This document shows, one piece after another, positions 54,842 to 64,000 of a stretch of DNA of 64,000 nt. Each line of letters begins with the position of its first letter. Position 1 is the stretch's first letter. The position numbers were made by a program, and so were the translations under genes. The DNA comes from Porphyridium purpureum (lineage: Eukaryota), in NCBI GenBank assembly GCA_008690995.1, contig VRMN01000004.1:310001-374000 (forward strand). The letters are read 5' to 3'. The notes beneath the pieces are model-generated. The model ran no database searches and was not told the DNA's origin. It worked only from the letters and a program-made list of their open reading frames with translations.

Positions 54842-57800
54842 CTAATCCAGCGTGTCCCCCACTAATTCCAAATCGGAGCATCTGACAACCCACGAAGAAG
54901 AGATGACCTGCTGTTCAGAGTCCATGGTCTCGGGTCCCATCATAGAGCGACGATTGACGCCAAGGCGTTGCACTTCCATAACTTCCTCGCACTCTACAAG
55001 GCGCGACACCACTCTGCGTAGCTGCACAGTGTCCTCGATGAGCACTTCGAACGACAACGTGGCGATACGACGCGCGTCCGTGGAGCTCGCCGAGCGCATG
55101 ATCGACTTGCCCATGCTTGTGATGACGCCAGCAAGATACGACAACAGGCCGTCGCAATCGCGCGCCTTGATGATGATGCGTACTCGGAACAGGTTGGACG
55201 GCAAGCCAAGGCCAAGCGCATCAGAGCTGCTTTCATCCGCGCCACTGTTAGAGTCACTGTTGTCTGTTTGGTCACTGTCATCATCGCTGAGCGTCGCGCT
55301 TTCAGCGCTCGGCCGTGCTTCGTTCCATCGAACCCCTACACACCGGTCTGGCCGTTCACGCAGCGCGTCTAAAAAGAGGGCACAAGCTGCACGATGCAGT
55401 TCAATTTTTTCCTTGCCGCGTTCCTTAGTCAGAAAGGCATTGATCGCGTCGCCCGGAATGGGCAGACAACACGGAGCGACGACGGCTTTGAGCTGCTGCT
55501 TGGTCGCAGCCGCCTGGCCATACACGCGCGCCGCCAGATCAGTTAGCGCATCCACTGACAACACTGGGTTGTTAAGCGCTGTCAGAATTACGCCTTCAAA
55601 GTCGCCACTGGTCGTCTTTTCGTGGTACACGTTGTCCACTTCGACCAGCAGGTCTTCCACGGACGTGACTTCCGGCTGCCCCAACCTCTGCATCACCTGC
55701 GATAGGCGCCCTAGCTCGCGCTGAAGAGCCTGCGGACTGGGTGGCGACAAGTTGCGCGTGCGGGCAACGTCCACTAGCCTCAGATAACCTTGCTTGGCGC
55801 AGGTCTCTCGACTGCGCGAACGCAGAAAGCGCCGTACTTTTTGACGCGCCGTGCGCGTCTTGGTCCATGCGAGCCACTCGAGGGTGGGACCAGGAGCTGA
55901 CACACTCGTCACCACTTGAACCAGATCAGCATTTTGAAGCTTGTAGTCCATCGAGACGAAACGTCCATTCACCTTGACACCTATCATCTTATTACCGACG
56001 TCCGAGTGCACCTTGTACGCCAAGTCGACCGGAGTCGCGTCCTTGGGCAAGTCAATGATCGTGCCCTTTGGGGTAAAAATAAAGACACGATTCCCGAGCA
56101 GATCAAGACGCACGGCGTCGACCAGATCCCTGGAGGACTCAGAAAATTCGTCGCAGTACTCACGGATGGAGCGAAGCCAAAGCATAGTGCGGAGCTTCCA
56201 GTCCCCCCCAACCTGCGACTCCACTTTTGATTTCGTCTTGGACGGCAGCCCCGAGTCGGAAGAAAAGAGCTCGGCCGCGATGCCCTGTTCCGACACACGA
56301 AACATCTCTTCGGTACAAATCTGGATTTCGACGGGGAAAAACCCAGTCCCGGATCCGAAGAAAACTGAAGTGTGCAGACTTTGGTACCCATTGGGCTTAG
56401 GAAACGCAATATAGTCCTTCACGCGACCCGGTACCGGCTTCCATACCGAGTGCACGCGCCCGAGCACGTGATAGCAGGAGTTCTTTTCATACGCGAGCTT
56501 CTCAGCTTCCGACACGGCCGAGTCCGGGTTGAGCTCAATTACGACTTTCACCATCACCAAGTCGAGCATGGAGTCGAGTGTGTCACCCAAGCTGCGTTTC
56601 CTATATATCGAGTAAAGGTGCTTGGGATGTACCTCCACACGAATATTCCGCACGATTGGTTCCAAGATGGGGTCGTCTCGCAAAACTTGTTGGAGTAGGT
56701 CGCGCGACTCAGTCAGGTAGTGGTCCATACGGGTGCGCTGTTTCAGCTTTGCCATGTCCGCCTCAAGCTGGCGGTACTCTTCCGGGTGCAAGTAGCGAAA
56801 CGACAATTCCTCGAGCTCATGTTTGATTCGAGCCATTCCAAGACGATGCGCCATGGGCGCGAATATTTCGATCGTCTCGCGCGAGATCTTTTTTTGTTTC
56901 TCTGGTTTCATAAATTGGAGCGTGCGCATGTTGTGCAAGCGGTCTGCCAGCTTGACAATGATCACTCGCACGTCTTCCGTCATTGCGAGAAACATGTTCC
57001 GCAAGTACTCAGCCTGTCGGTCCCACTTGGATTCCACGTCGGAGGATCCCAGGGCAATCCCACTACCGCGGCTACTACTAGTACGATTCTTGTCGCCTGC
57101 CGAGGGGCCATGCGAAGGGCAGGATGCCGCCGCCTTGGACGAGTCAAAATCGCTTGCAATCTTGCCCAGCTTGGTCTCGCCCTCCACAATCCGGCGCACG
57201 TCGCGGCCAAAGAGTTCTTCGAGCTGTTCCAGCGTCATATCGGTGTCCTCCACCGTGTCATGCAAAAGACCGGAAATCAGCGTGTCACGATCCATTTGCA
57301 TTTCGGCCAAAATGACCGTCACGGCGACGGGATGGATGATGTACGCTTCGCCACTCTTGCGCATCTGCCCACGATGAGCTATTTCTGCCACCCTCAGTGC
57401 CTTCAGCACGGCCTCGCGATCCTTTGCCTCCAAGTAACCGATTCGAGGACGCAGTTCGGTCATGTATAAGTCGACATGCGTCAAGGCAGGCGCTTGCGTA
57501 AGTTCGTACTTTTCTATCAATGCGGAGAGCATTGGGCTCAAGGCATCGCCATTTTGACCAGTACTGCGATGGAAATCATAGCCGACAGCGACCCCGTTAC
57601 CTTCTGTGTGCTTAGCATCGCGCGGAGGTCTGCCGTTTCCGTCCGCAACTGAAACAGACGCAGACGCAGCCGGGTTGGAGGATATCTTCGCCCCGTTCAA
57701 AATTCGCAAACTATCTATGAGTCCGTCTTGCTGCGCGAGATGTCCATTCCTGAAAAGACTCGCCGTGCCGCTGCTGCCACTATTACCATTTTGCTTGTCG

Positions 57801-58387
57801 CTGCTTTCAGTCGCTCCAGATGCCGACGAAATATCGGGTTCGACCACGAGCTTACTCAACCGGTGATCCTCAGGTACGGCGTCCTTTAACTTTGCTAGCC
57901 GTGGATCAACGTTCTCTTCGATGCCGTCGTATCTTGTCGGAATATCCATCCGTTGGCCGCCACTATGTCTTTCACGCTGGTCTTGATTCCGACTGCGGGA
58001 TTCGTCATACCCTGACCCAGTACTTCCGGTCCCATCGCTCGCGCACATCCGCATTCTCCGTCCACTGGCGCCTGTGCGTTGCATGCTGCGCCTGCACAAC
58101 TGACATGATATCACGCCACACATAAGTCCTGAGCATGTCGCTGCGCAGTTGTACCTGTCAACTTGCGCGTGTCGCTCGCGCATGCGGGGATACACACTCG
58201 CACAGATAAACGCCCCAGGCATACAGGCACGCGCGCTCGTGGCAACGCAGCGCTGTCCGCAGCCATCCTTACGCGCTCCACAGGAACACGTCGGACAACA
58301 TGAACACGAGCCAACGTCCATCGTTACACGTCCTCTGTCTGTACCCTCGCCACCGCCTAAATCGCGTTCCAAAGCTATGCCTCTCAT
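54842..58387 (-). CDS. RSH: Long RelA/SpoT homologue (HD-SYNTH-TGS-ZFD-ACT), probably plastid-targeted
   Basis: AHRGQMRKSGEAYIIHP, LLHDTVEDT, KLADRLHNMRT, DYIAFPKPNGYQSLHT, FIFTPKG...ATPVDLAYKVHSDVG, CCLPIPGD, ACT-like D-GLL. Start at 58387 or 58321. Confidence 0.95.
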   Translation of the reverse strand: MRGIALERDLGGGEGTDRGRVTMDVGSCSCCPTCSCGARKDGCGQRCVATSARACMPGAFICASVYPRMRERHAQVDRYNCAATCSGLMCGVISCQLCRRSMQRTGASGRRMRMCASDGTGSTGSGYDESRSRNQDQRERHSGGQRMDIPTRYDGIEENVDPRLAKLKDAVPEDHRLSKLVVEPDISSASGATESSDKQNGNSGSSGTASLFRNGHLAQQDGLIDSLRILNGAKISSNPAASASVSVADGNGRPPRDAKHTEGNGVAVGYDFHRSTGQNGDALSPMLSALIEKYELTQAPALTHVDLYMTELRPRIGYLEAKDREAVLKALRVAEIAHRGQMRKSGEAYIIHPVAVTVILAEMQMDRDTLISGLLHDTVEDTDMTLEQLEELFGRDVRRIVEGETKLGKIASDFDSSKAAASCPSHGPSAGDKNRTSSSRGSGIALGSSDVESKWDRQAEYLRNMFLAMTEDVRVIIVKLADRLHNMRTLQFMKPEKQKKISRETIEIFAPMAHRLGMARIKHELEELSFRYLHPEEYRQLEADMAKLKQRTRMDHYLTESRDLLQQVLRDDPILEPIVRNIRVEVHPKHLYSIYRKRSLGDTLDSMLDLVMVKVVIELNPDSAVSEAEKLAYEKNSCYHVLGRVHSVWKPVPGRVKDYIAFPKPNGYQSLHTSVFFGSGTGFFPVEIQICTEEMFRVSEQGIAAELFSSDSGLPSKTKSKVESQVGGDWKLRTMLWLRSIREYCDEFSESSRDLVDAVRLDLLGNRVFIFTPKGTIIDLPKDATPVDLAYKVHSDVGNKMIGVKVNGRFVSMDYKLQNADLVQVVTSVSAPGPTLEWLAWTKTRTARQKVRRFLRSRSRETCAKQGYLRLVDVARTRNLSPPSPQALQRELGRLSQVMQRLGQPEVTSVEDLLVEVDNVYHEKTTSGDFEGVILTALNNPVLSVDALTDLAARVYGQAAATKQQLKAVVAPCCLPIPGDAINAFLTKERGKEKIELHRAACALFLDALRERPDRCVGVRWNEARPSAESATLSDDDSDQTDNSDSNSGADESSSDALGLGLPSNLFRVRIIIKARDCDGLLSYLAGVITSMGKSIMRSASSTDARRIATLSFEVLIEDTVQLRRVVSRLVECEEVMEVQRLGVNRRSMMGPETMDSEQQVISSSWVVRCSDLELVGDTLD

Positions 58388-59268
58388 TCACTCGACGCCC
58401 TTCCCACTGCTGCAAACCTTTGTGCGCGTCCCGCCAGCTCCCACACTCCCACCGCCCTATCGCTCGGGAACCCCACTTCCCTTCCGAGATTTCCACGCAA
58501 CCACCGTTGCTCCACCAAACGTCGCCTCCACTTCGTCTACCAACAAGGCACTATCGATACAAACAACGATCAAGACCGGCTTCAACACCTGCAGACGCAC
58601 CAGCAGACGCGCGGCCAACCAGCACCTCACTCCACGCTCACAACCTCTTCGTCTCTCTCTCTCAGTCTGTCTCTCTGTCTCGCTCCACTTCCTCGCGCTG
58701 CGGCTCTCCCGTGTCGCTGCCCCAGGTACACCGATAAGTACAGTCTGTTCATGGAGCACTGTACAAAGGAATCCCCAGTTCCACGAGTCACTTACACTGT
58801 ACCTCGTTTTATCTGAGCTGCAACCGCAGTTGAGGCGCAGCACAGTTGGGAAAAGCACATCGGAAGCGTTCCTGCGACGACGCATGTCGGCTTTGTCTGA
58901 AGAGGAGCGGAACATAGCAAGGCAATGATGGCTGGAGCGTGGCGGTTTCGCCCACGGTCTCCTTTGATCTCCGGGAATTCGGCAGCAAGAGTGGATGCAT
59001 GGAAGATGCTTTGCTCGAGGCAGTACACAGTGAGAAGCAAGCTTAGTAAATGTTTTCCTGTTTCAGACACCTGCTGGTCGAGCTATCCGGGTGCGTGGAA
59101 GTATTTCGCAATGCATCGTGCGAGATGGAGCTGCAGACTCACGGAAGGCTTTTAAACATTCTCACAGAGGCAAAGCACTCAAACAAGCACACAACGGGAA
59201 AAGCGAATAACAAGAAGCATTTACAAAGCGCAAGTGTGCCAATATTGCTTGACTAGCCGCTTACTGAC

Positions 59269-61098
59269 CTAGCTGGTAGCCCGCTGATTGTTTGTTGGCA
59301 ACGACGACGCGGGCGATTCGTCCCAAGATATGCTGATTGGTGCCAGGCGAAGCTTGTTCGGGTTCTGCATGGAAGATGATGAGGTGACACCTTTCGGACG
59401 TTGAACATCAATGGCGGCACTGGACGCGTGGCTGTGAATCGACGTGTGGTCCATGTCCGTCTCGATATCCATGTCCCTGCCGCTGCTCTGCTCCTGTTCC
59501 TGAAGCGTCACAACGTGCGACGTTTCATCAATCGCCCGCCCACACACGAAAAGCGCGTCCACATGGCGTTTTGACTCCCGAAGAAGGTAGCACGGGAATG
59601 GAAAACGCAAGCGAATCACGTTCTTGCGTTTGTTGTGCTTCGTAAAGCTCGGGACCACCACGTACTCATTATCCGCCAGCACGTCCGAACAGTCCAAAAT
59701 GTCAAACTGCGACAGCAGTGACGAAAAGCGCCAGACAAGCCGTTCTGATTCGATCATGCGCAACGGGTTGATGCTACAGCGAATCAGCGAAGCAAGCCGC
59801 AGCGCACGCAACTTTTCGAGTTGTTGCCGATCAGTCGCAGCAAAAAGATCAGTGTGGCACCCAACCATTACGATGGCTATATTTTGAAAGCAGTGGTAGA
59901 ATAGCGAGTGCATCTCTGCGTCCAACACTCCTTCAAGATGATCGGGAAGTGTGTCCACGTAGGTGTGAGACCAAGAAATCATGGTCCTGAGCCACCGGTC
60001 GAGCTCTTCATGCGGCACATTGCGAAGCAGCGCTATGAATGCGGCAGAAAATCGCACGTGTGAAATACGCAGCGACACTGCCAGCGCCGGGTTTGTGAAG
60101 CCCGTGCGCAACCTATCCAGCAACCGGAACGATAACACAGCGTGCTGCGCCCCGACATAAAACAGAGGAAACACGGCGTAATGAGGTGAGTCGACCTGCA
60201 TCACTCGCAGCTCAAAGGCGGCGTAAAAAATTTCAAAACACTCTTCCAGTGAGCAAACGCACGCCGTTGGGTATCCTTGCTGGGTGCTAATGCTGTCAAT
60301 CATGCCAAATACAAGTAATAGACACGCGTCCAGTTTTTCGCTCACGTCTGCTGAGGGGCCCTTGTCAGCCAAGTCCGGCTCAAAAAGAAGCGGTTGAACA
60401 GCGTGATCCGTTTTCGTATGGTCGACCTCCGCATCCATCATGACCACCAGTGTCGTGAGAACGAGTCCAGCGTGCTGGCGAACAAGCGCGCTCCGGCACA
60501 CACAGATGAGACGTGTCAGAAACTCTGTGTAGGAAATTATGGAGCTTTTTTCGCGCCTGTAATGTGGAAGCAGCTGCGCCACAATAGTCGAAAGGAGGGG
60601 CGCGGCGGTTGGGTATGCCTCCAGCAGTTGCATGAGCGACGCAAACAGCAGTGTGCCGTGCGCTGACCCTACGCGAATCATCGTAAACAATGAAGTGATT
60701 CTCCTAAACAGCTGTTCGACATACCTAGCATCGACAGCAGCCACTGCGCGAGCAATGACGGCGTACGACTCGAACACAGCTGGCGGTAACTGATCCAGCG
60801 CAAAGTCCGCGGCTGCTCCTGCGAGTGGCGATGCGGCGTTCAACTTTCCCTGCTTCCTTGCAGCCTTGACAAAGTCGAAATCCACCGCGGCACAAACGAG
60901 CTCATCCCACACGCCTCGGCCGTTATGCGCAACCCAGCGCGCTCCTCGCGCCGCGACATACAGCAGGACGTCGGCGTCAGCTTTCTTGCCGAGCGCATGC
61001 ACCAGGCGCCAGTATTCCACGCGCTCCAGTCCAGACACCTGCGCATCCTCCTCCAAAAGCAGGTCGAGAACAGGCCGCTCCTGCGTCACCATTGCCAT
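59269..61098 (-). CDS. RRN3: RNA polymerase I initiation factor RRN3
   Basis: LVVMMDAEV, EKLDACL, FY-CFQ, NPLR and FPFPCYLL-S correspond to RRN3 conserved blocks. Confidence 0.8.
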   Translation of the reverse strand: MAMVTQERPVLDLLLEEDAQVSGLERVEYWRLVHALGKKADADVLLYVAARGARWVAHNGRGVWDELVCAAVDFDFVKAARKQGKLNAASPLAGAAADFALDQLPPAVFESYAVIARAVAAVDARYVEQLFRRITSLFTMIRVGSAHGTLLFASLMQLLEAYPTAAPLLSTIVAQLLPHYRREKSSIISYTEFLTRLICVCRSALVRQHAGLVLTTLVVMMDAEVDHTKTDHAVQPLLFEPDLADKGPSADVSEKLDACLLLVFGMIDSISTQQGYPTACVCSLEECFEIFYAAFELRVMQVDSPHYAVFPLFYVGAQHAVLSFRLLDRLRTGFTNPALAVSLRISHVRFSAAFIALLRNVPHEELDRWLRTMISWSHTYVDTLPDHLEGVLDAEMHSLFYHCFQNIAIVMVGCHTDLFAATDRQQLEKLRALRLASLIRCSINPLRMIESERLVWRFSSLLSQFDILDCSDVLADNEYVVVPSFTKHNKRKNVIRLRFPFPCYLLRESKRHVDALFVCGRAIDETSHVVTLQEQEQSSGRDMDIETDMDHTSIHSHASSAAIDVQRPKGVTSSSSMQNPNKLRLAPISISWDESPASSLPTNNQRATS

Positions 61099-61149
61099 CC
61101 TCACTCCATGCCCTGTCTCCTCCACCTACCCCCTGCCCAACCAACCTAC

Positions 61150-61192
<43 letters not shown>

Positions 61193-61253
61193 CACGTAGC
61201 CATCAAAAAGACCCGCGAACCCAAACCGCGGTCGCGGCCGCTCGGCACAATTG

Positions 61254-61393
61254 TCATCTTTAAACACTCCAAGATGCCAGTATCATGAGAATATGATTTA
61301 ATCATGATATATTAATGATTAAGTGTTTAAAGATGATTTATGTTCATCATCGACGTTTGATCATGGTTTAAAGATGATAATGCAATGATCATT
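61254..61393. promoter_or_regulatory. AT-rich divergent-promoter island with TCATCTTTA motifs and a perfect 15-bp inverted repeat
   Basis: tcatctttaaacact (61254-61268) pairs with agtgtttaaagatga (61322-61336); a third taaagatga lies at 61369-61377. Confidence 0.75.
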
Positions 61394-61519
61394 GGCAAAA
61401 AGGGTGGATCTGTGCCTTGCCAGCAAGTTGAGGGAAGAGCTTGGGGGAAAGAGGAAGGAGGAACGGGAGGCACGGGAAGGCAGAGTGCGGCGAGGTTGTG
61501 TGCATAGGAAAGGTTGGGG

Positions 61520-62257
61520 ATGAAGATTGGAGGCGGGCATGTTCGCGGCGGCGGCGGGGCAGCAGATGGCCCGGTCAAGGTGACGCAGACGCCGTATGTG
61601 GTGGGGAGCTCGGTGCTGGGCGTCAAGTGCATCGATGGCGTGGTGATCAGCTCGGACACGTTGGCGTCGTACGGGTCCATGGCCAAGTTCCGCAAGATTT
61701 CGCGCATCCATAAGGTGTCGGACGCGTGCGTGATCGGCGCCGGCGGAGAGTTCTCGGACTTCCAGGAAATCAAAAAGACCATGGATGGAGTCATGATTGA
61801 GCAGTTTTGCATGGATGACGGTTACGTGCTCACGCCTTCCGCGATCCATCAGTACTTGGTGAGAGTCATGTACGGGCGTCGTAACAAGATGGACCCGCTC
61901 TGGAATCAGGTCGTCATGGCCGGATTTCACGACGGAAAGGCCACGCTCGGTATGGTCGATCAGGTGGGCAGTAACTTTGAGAGCGAAGTCATTGCCACGG
62001 GTTATGGCCTCTACATGGGTTTGCCGCTGTTGCGCAACGCATACCGGCCAGATATCACCGTAGCAGAAGCAAAGAAGCTCCTGGAGGATATCATGCGCGT
62101 GCTCTTCTACCGCGATGCGCGCACTTCCAACTCAATACAGATTGCGGCCGTTACAAAGGACGGTGTGGAGATTTCTGAATTTTACGACCTTGAGACGAAA
62201 TGGGATTATCAGCGCTTCGTCGATGGGGCCCGCAGCGGTGATGTATCCACATGGTAA
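61520..62257 (+). CDS. PSMB4: 20S proteasome subunit beta type-4 (beta7/Pre4)
   Basis: TQTPYVVGSSVLG, DTLASYGS, SDFQ, MYGRRNKMDPLWN, ATGYG, MRVLFYRDAR. Confidence 0.96.
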   Translation: MKIGGGHVRGGGGAADGPVKVTQTPYVVGSSVLGVKCIDGVVISSDTLASYGSMAKFRKISRIHKVSDACVIGAGGEFSDFQEIKKTMDGVMIEQFCMDDGYVLTPSAIHQYLVRVMYGRRNKMDPLWNQVVMAGFHDGKATLGMVDQVGSNFESEVIATGYGLYMGLPLLRNAYRPDITVAEAKKLLEDIMRVLFYRDARTSNSIQIAAVTKDGVEISEFYDLETKWDYQRFVDGARSGDVSTW

Positions 62258-62508
62258 TTTGCTTTTGGACGACTCGATCGCGCGCCCCTGGAAAGAGTTG
62301 TTCTGCGGTTGTGTAAAAAGAACAGATTATCGCACAAATGAGCCTTCTTTATTTTCTTTTTCTTTCCTGTCGGCACGTTCTTAACTCACGTTCGTCATCA
62401 CAGGAGCAGCAAAAGAGCTACGGCAGGTCTCATGACCAATACAAACTTATACAATGACGCACAAGCCAAAACATACCACGTCATGCTCGAATCCGTCGTA
62501 CAATGATT

Positions 62509-63129
62509 TCAACAGTTGCAAGGCTCCTGAGCGGTGTTCTGATTGATCTCGACAGTTTCAGGCAGGAAAAACTCTTCTTCCTGCTCGCCGCGCTTCAAGG
62601 CGAGAGTTGCCACGAGCTGGAAGGCGGCCTCGACGTTGATGTCTTCGGCAGCGCTGGTCTCAAAGTGCGGTACGCCGCCCTTTGCTGCGCACCATTGCTG
62701 TGCGCGCTTCGTTGGAACGGCCTTTGCCCGGTCCACAATGTCGATTTTGTTACCAAGCACCACGAGAGGAAACGTCTCTGGGTCGCGGTTCGCCGCGTAC
62801 GCCAAAAACTCCTCCCGCCACGTCTCGAGGCTCTCAAAGCTTCGGAGGTCTGTCACGTCGTAAACGAGCACGCACGCATCAGATCCACGGTAGAACGCAC
62901 TGCCCAGCGACTGGTATCGCTCCTGCCCGGCTGTGTCCCAGATCTGCAGGTTGGCCATTCGGTCTTCCAGCTCGATGTCTTTGCTCAGAAAATCCGCTCC
63001 TATTGTGGCTTTGTATTGCTGGCTAAAGCGCTGATTCACATATCTCTCCATCAACGACGTCTTGCCAACTCCGCTATCGCCTAGGATGACAATTTTCAAC
63101 AACTTGGTCTTGGACCTCATGTTGGGCAT
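62509..63129 (-). CDS. RAB7: Rab7 small GTPase
   Basis: [55 protein letters not shown] and C-terminal CNC prenylation motif. Confidence 0.97.
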   Translation of the reverse strand: MPNMRSKTKLLKIVILGDSGVGKTSLMERYVNQRFSQQYKATIGADFLSKDIELEDRMANLQIWDTAGQERYQSLGSAFYRGSDACVLVYDVTDLRSFESLETWREEFLAYAANRDPETFPLVVLGNKIDIVDRAKAVPTKRAQQWCAAKGGVPHFETSAAEDINVEAAFQLVATLALKRGEQEEEFFLPETVEINQNTAQEPCNC

Positions 63130-63457
63130 TGTTCCTCTTCTTGTCTTCTTTCTCTCAACCCCACTCTTGTCGTGCCGTTTCGTTTCGTTCGTCCTGCCCT
63201 CGCGAAAAACAGCTACGTCGCTTTAACCCGTGGGTCTTGCCTCAAGAGCTACTTCTGCCGGCACCGATACCAAACCGAGAGCCACGTGACGCGTCGCGCA
63301 GCCGCCGTCGTGACGCGTTGGAGTGGTGACGCGTGCGTATCTTCCTCCTCGTCGTCGTCCAACCGTCACCGTCTCTCTGTTCCACAGACGCTGCTGCTTA
63401 ACACATCGGAAGCGCCCGTTGCCGGCCGGAGCTGTACTTCACTGTACTGACCGTCCA

Positions 63458-63546
63458 TGGAATGTATATTTCATTGTAATGTATTATTCTAGTGTAATGC
63501 TGTATTCCCTTATAATGCTGCATGCCATTGTAATGCGTTATTCCAT
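63458..63546. repeat. Degenerate 18-bp tandem array (TGTAATG core) in the Rab7/ALG2 divergent promoter
   Basis: Cores at 63475, 63493, 63511 and 63529, plus a degenerate copy at 63458. Confidence 0.75.
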
Positions 63547-63650
63547 ATCGGAAGCACGCGAGCGGTCGTGCGGAGGGATTGGAGAAGAGTCGTGGAGAGC
63601 TGGTTGGGAGTGGATGCGGTAGCGATGGCGTGAAGGTGGATGGAAGAAGG

Positions 63651-64000
63651 ATGGTGGACGAGAAGGAAGGGCGGCGCGTGGCAATCGTGCACCCGGATCT
63701 TGGGCTGGGCGGCGCCGAGCGTCTGGTGGTGGATGCCGCGCTCGGGTTGCAGGAACGTGGACACAAAGTGGTGATCTACACCGCGTACCGCGATGTGCAG
63801 CGCTGCTTCCCGGAAGTGCGCCCGCGCCATTTGGGCGGCTCCGTGTCCTGCACGCTCGTCAATACGTACGTGCCGCGCAGCGTGCTGGGGAGGTTCCACG
63901 CCTTGTGTACGGTTATACAGTGCGTCATCCTCGCGTTGTACGTGTGCGTGAACGCATCGCGCGTCGACGTGGCATTCTGCGATATCGTGTCGGCTCCCGC
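63651..64000 (+). CDS. ALG2: Alpha-1,3/1,6-mannosyltransferase ALG2, 5' part (runs off the window)
   Basis: Manual translation MVDEKEGRRVAIVHPDLGLGGAERLVVDAALGLQERGHKVVIYTAY...CFPE; absent from the ORF track because it is open at the edge. Confidence 0.93.
   Translation, partial: MVDEKEGRRVAIVHPDLGLGGAERLVVDAALGLQERGHKVVIYTAYRDVQRCFPEVRPRHLGGSVSCTLVNTYVPRSVLGRFHALCTVIQCVILALYVCVNASRVDVAFCDIVSAP

Noticed and set aside
24323..63129. Trafficking gene cluster (Sec5, Sec6, Rab7)
   Set aside because: The genes are separated by 8-24 kb of unrelated genes; chance co-occurrence is plausible in a compact genome.

Overview
Gene-dense, nearly intron-free eukaryotic nuclear DNA from a plastid-bearing alga. 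Transit peptides with an early F-V motif (MAAFV, MAMFV, MFGFV, MAGVGFV), a carotenoid desaturase and GA-rich 5' leaders suggest a red alga, possibly Porphyridium-like (inference). The first ~4.2 kb is mobile DNA: an unknown element carrying a 681-aa orphan ORF ends in a repeat-built hairpin and ...TTTCAACA, and abuts a truncated Ty1/copia RNase H region with a PPT and probable LTR. The rest holds about 30 genes: CCT1, SDHAF4, a carbonyl-reductase-like SDR, metacaspase, C2H2 and MYB factors, a PRXL2-like protein, PurN, a non-RD receptor-like kinase, Sec5, Sec6, symplekin, AsnRS, ZDS, an OPR protein, two further kinases, MoaA/CNX2, a head-to-head SAM synthetase / SAH hydrolase pair, RSH, RRN3, proteasome beta7, Rab7 and the start of ALG2. 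The most striking candidates are (1) an orphan, possibly organelle-targeted protein joining a primase-type Zn finger to an AEP/RepB'-like primase core (8052-10313), (2) the cargo-bearing element at the left edge, and (3) phased short-repeat arrays in several divergent promoters, with one motif (TCATCTTTA) shared by two loci ~30 kb apart. All calls rest on motif recognition by eye; no database search was run.
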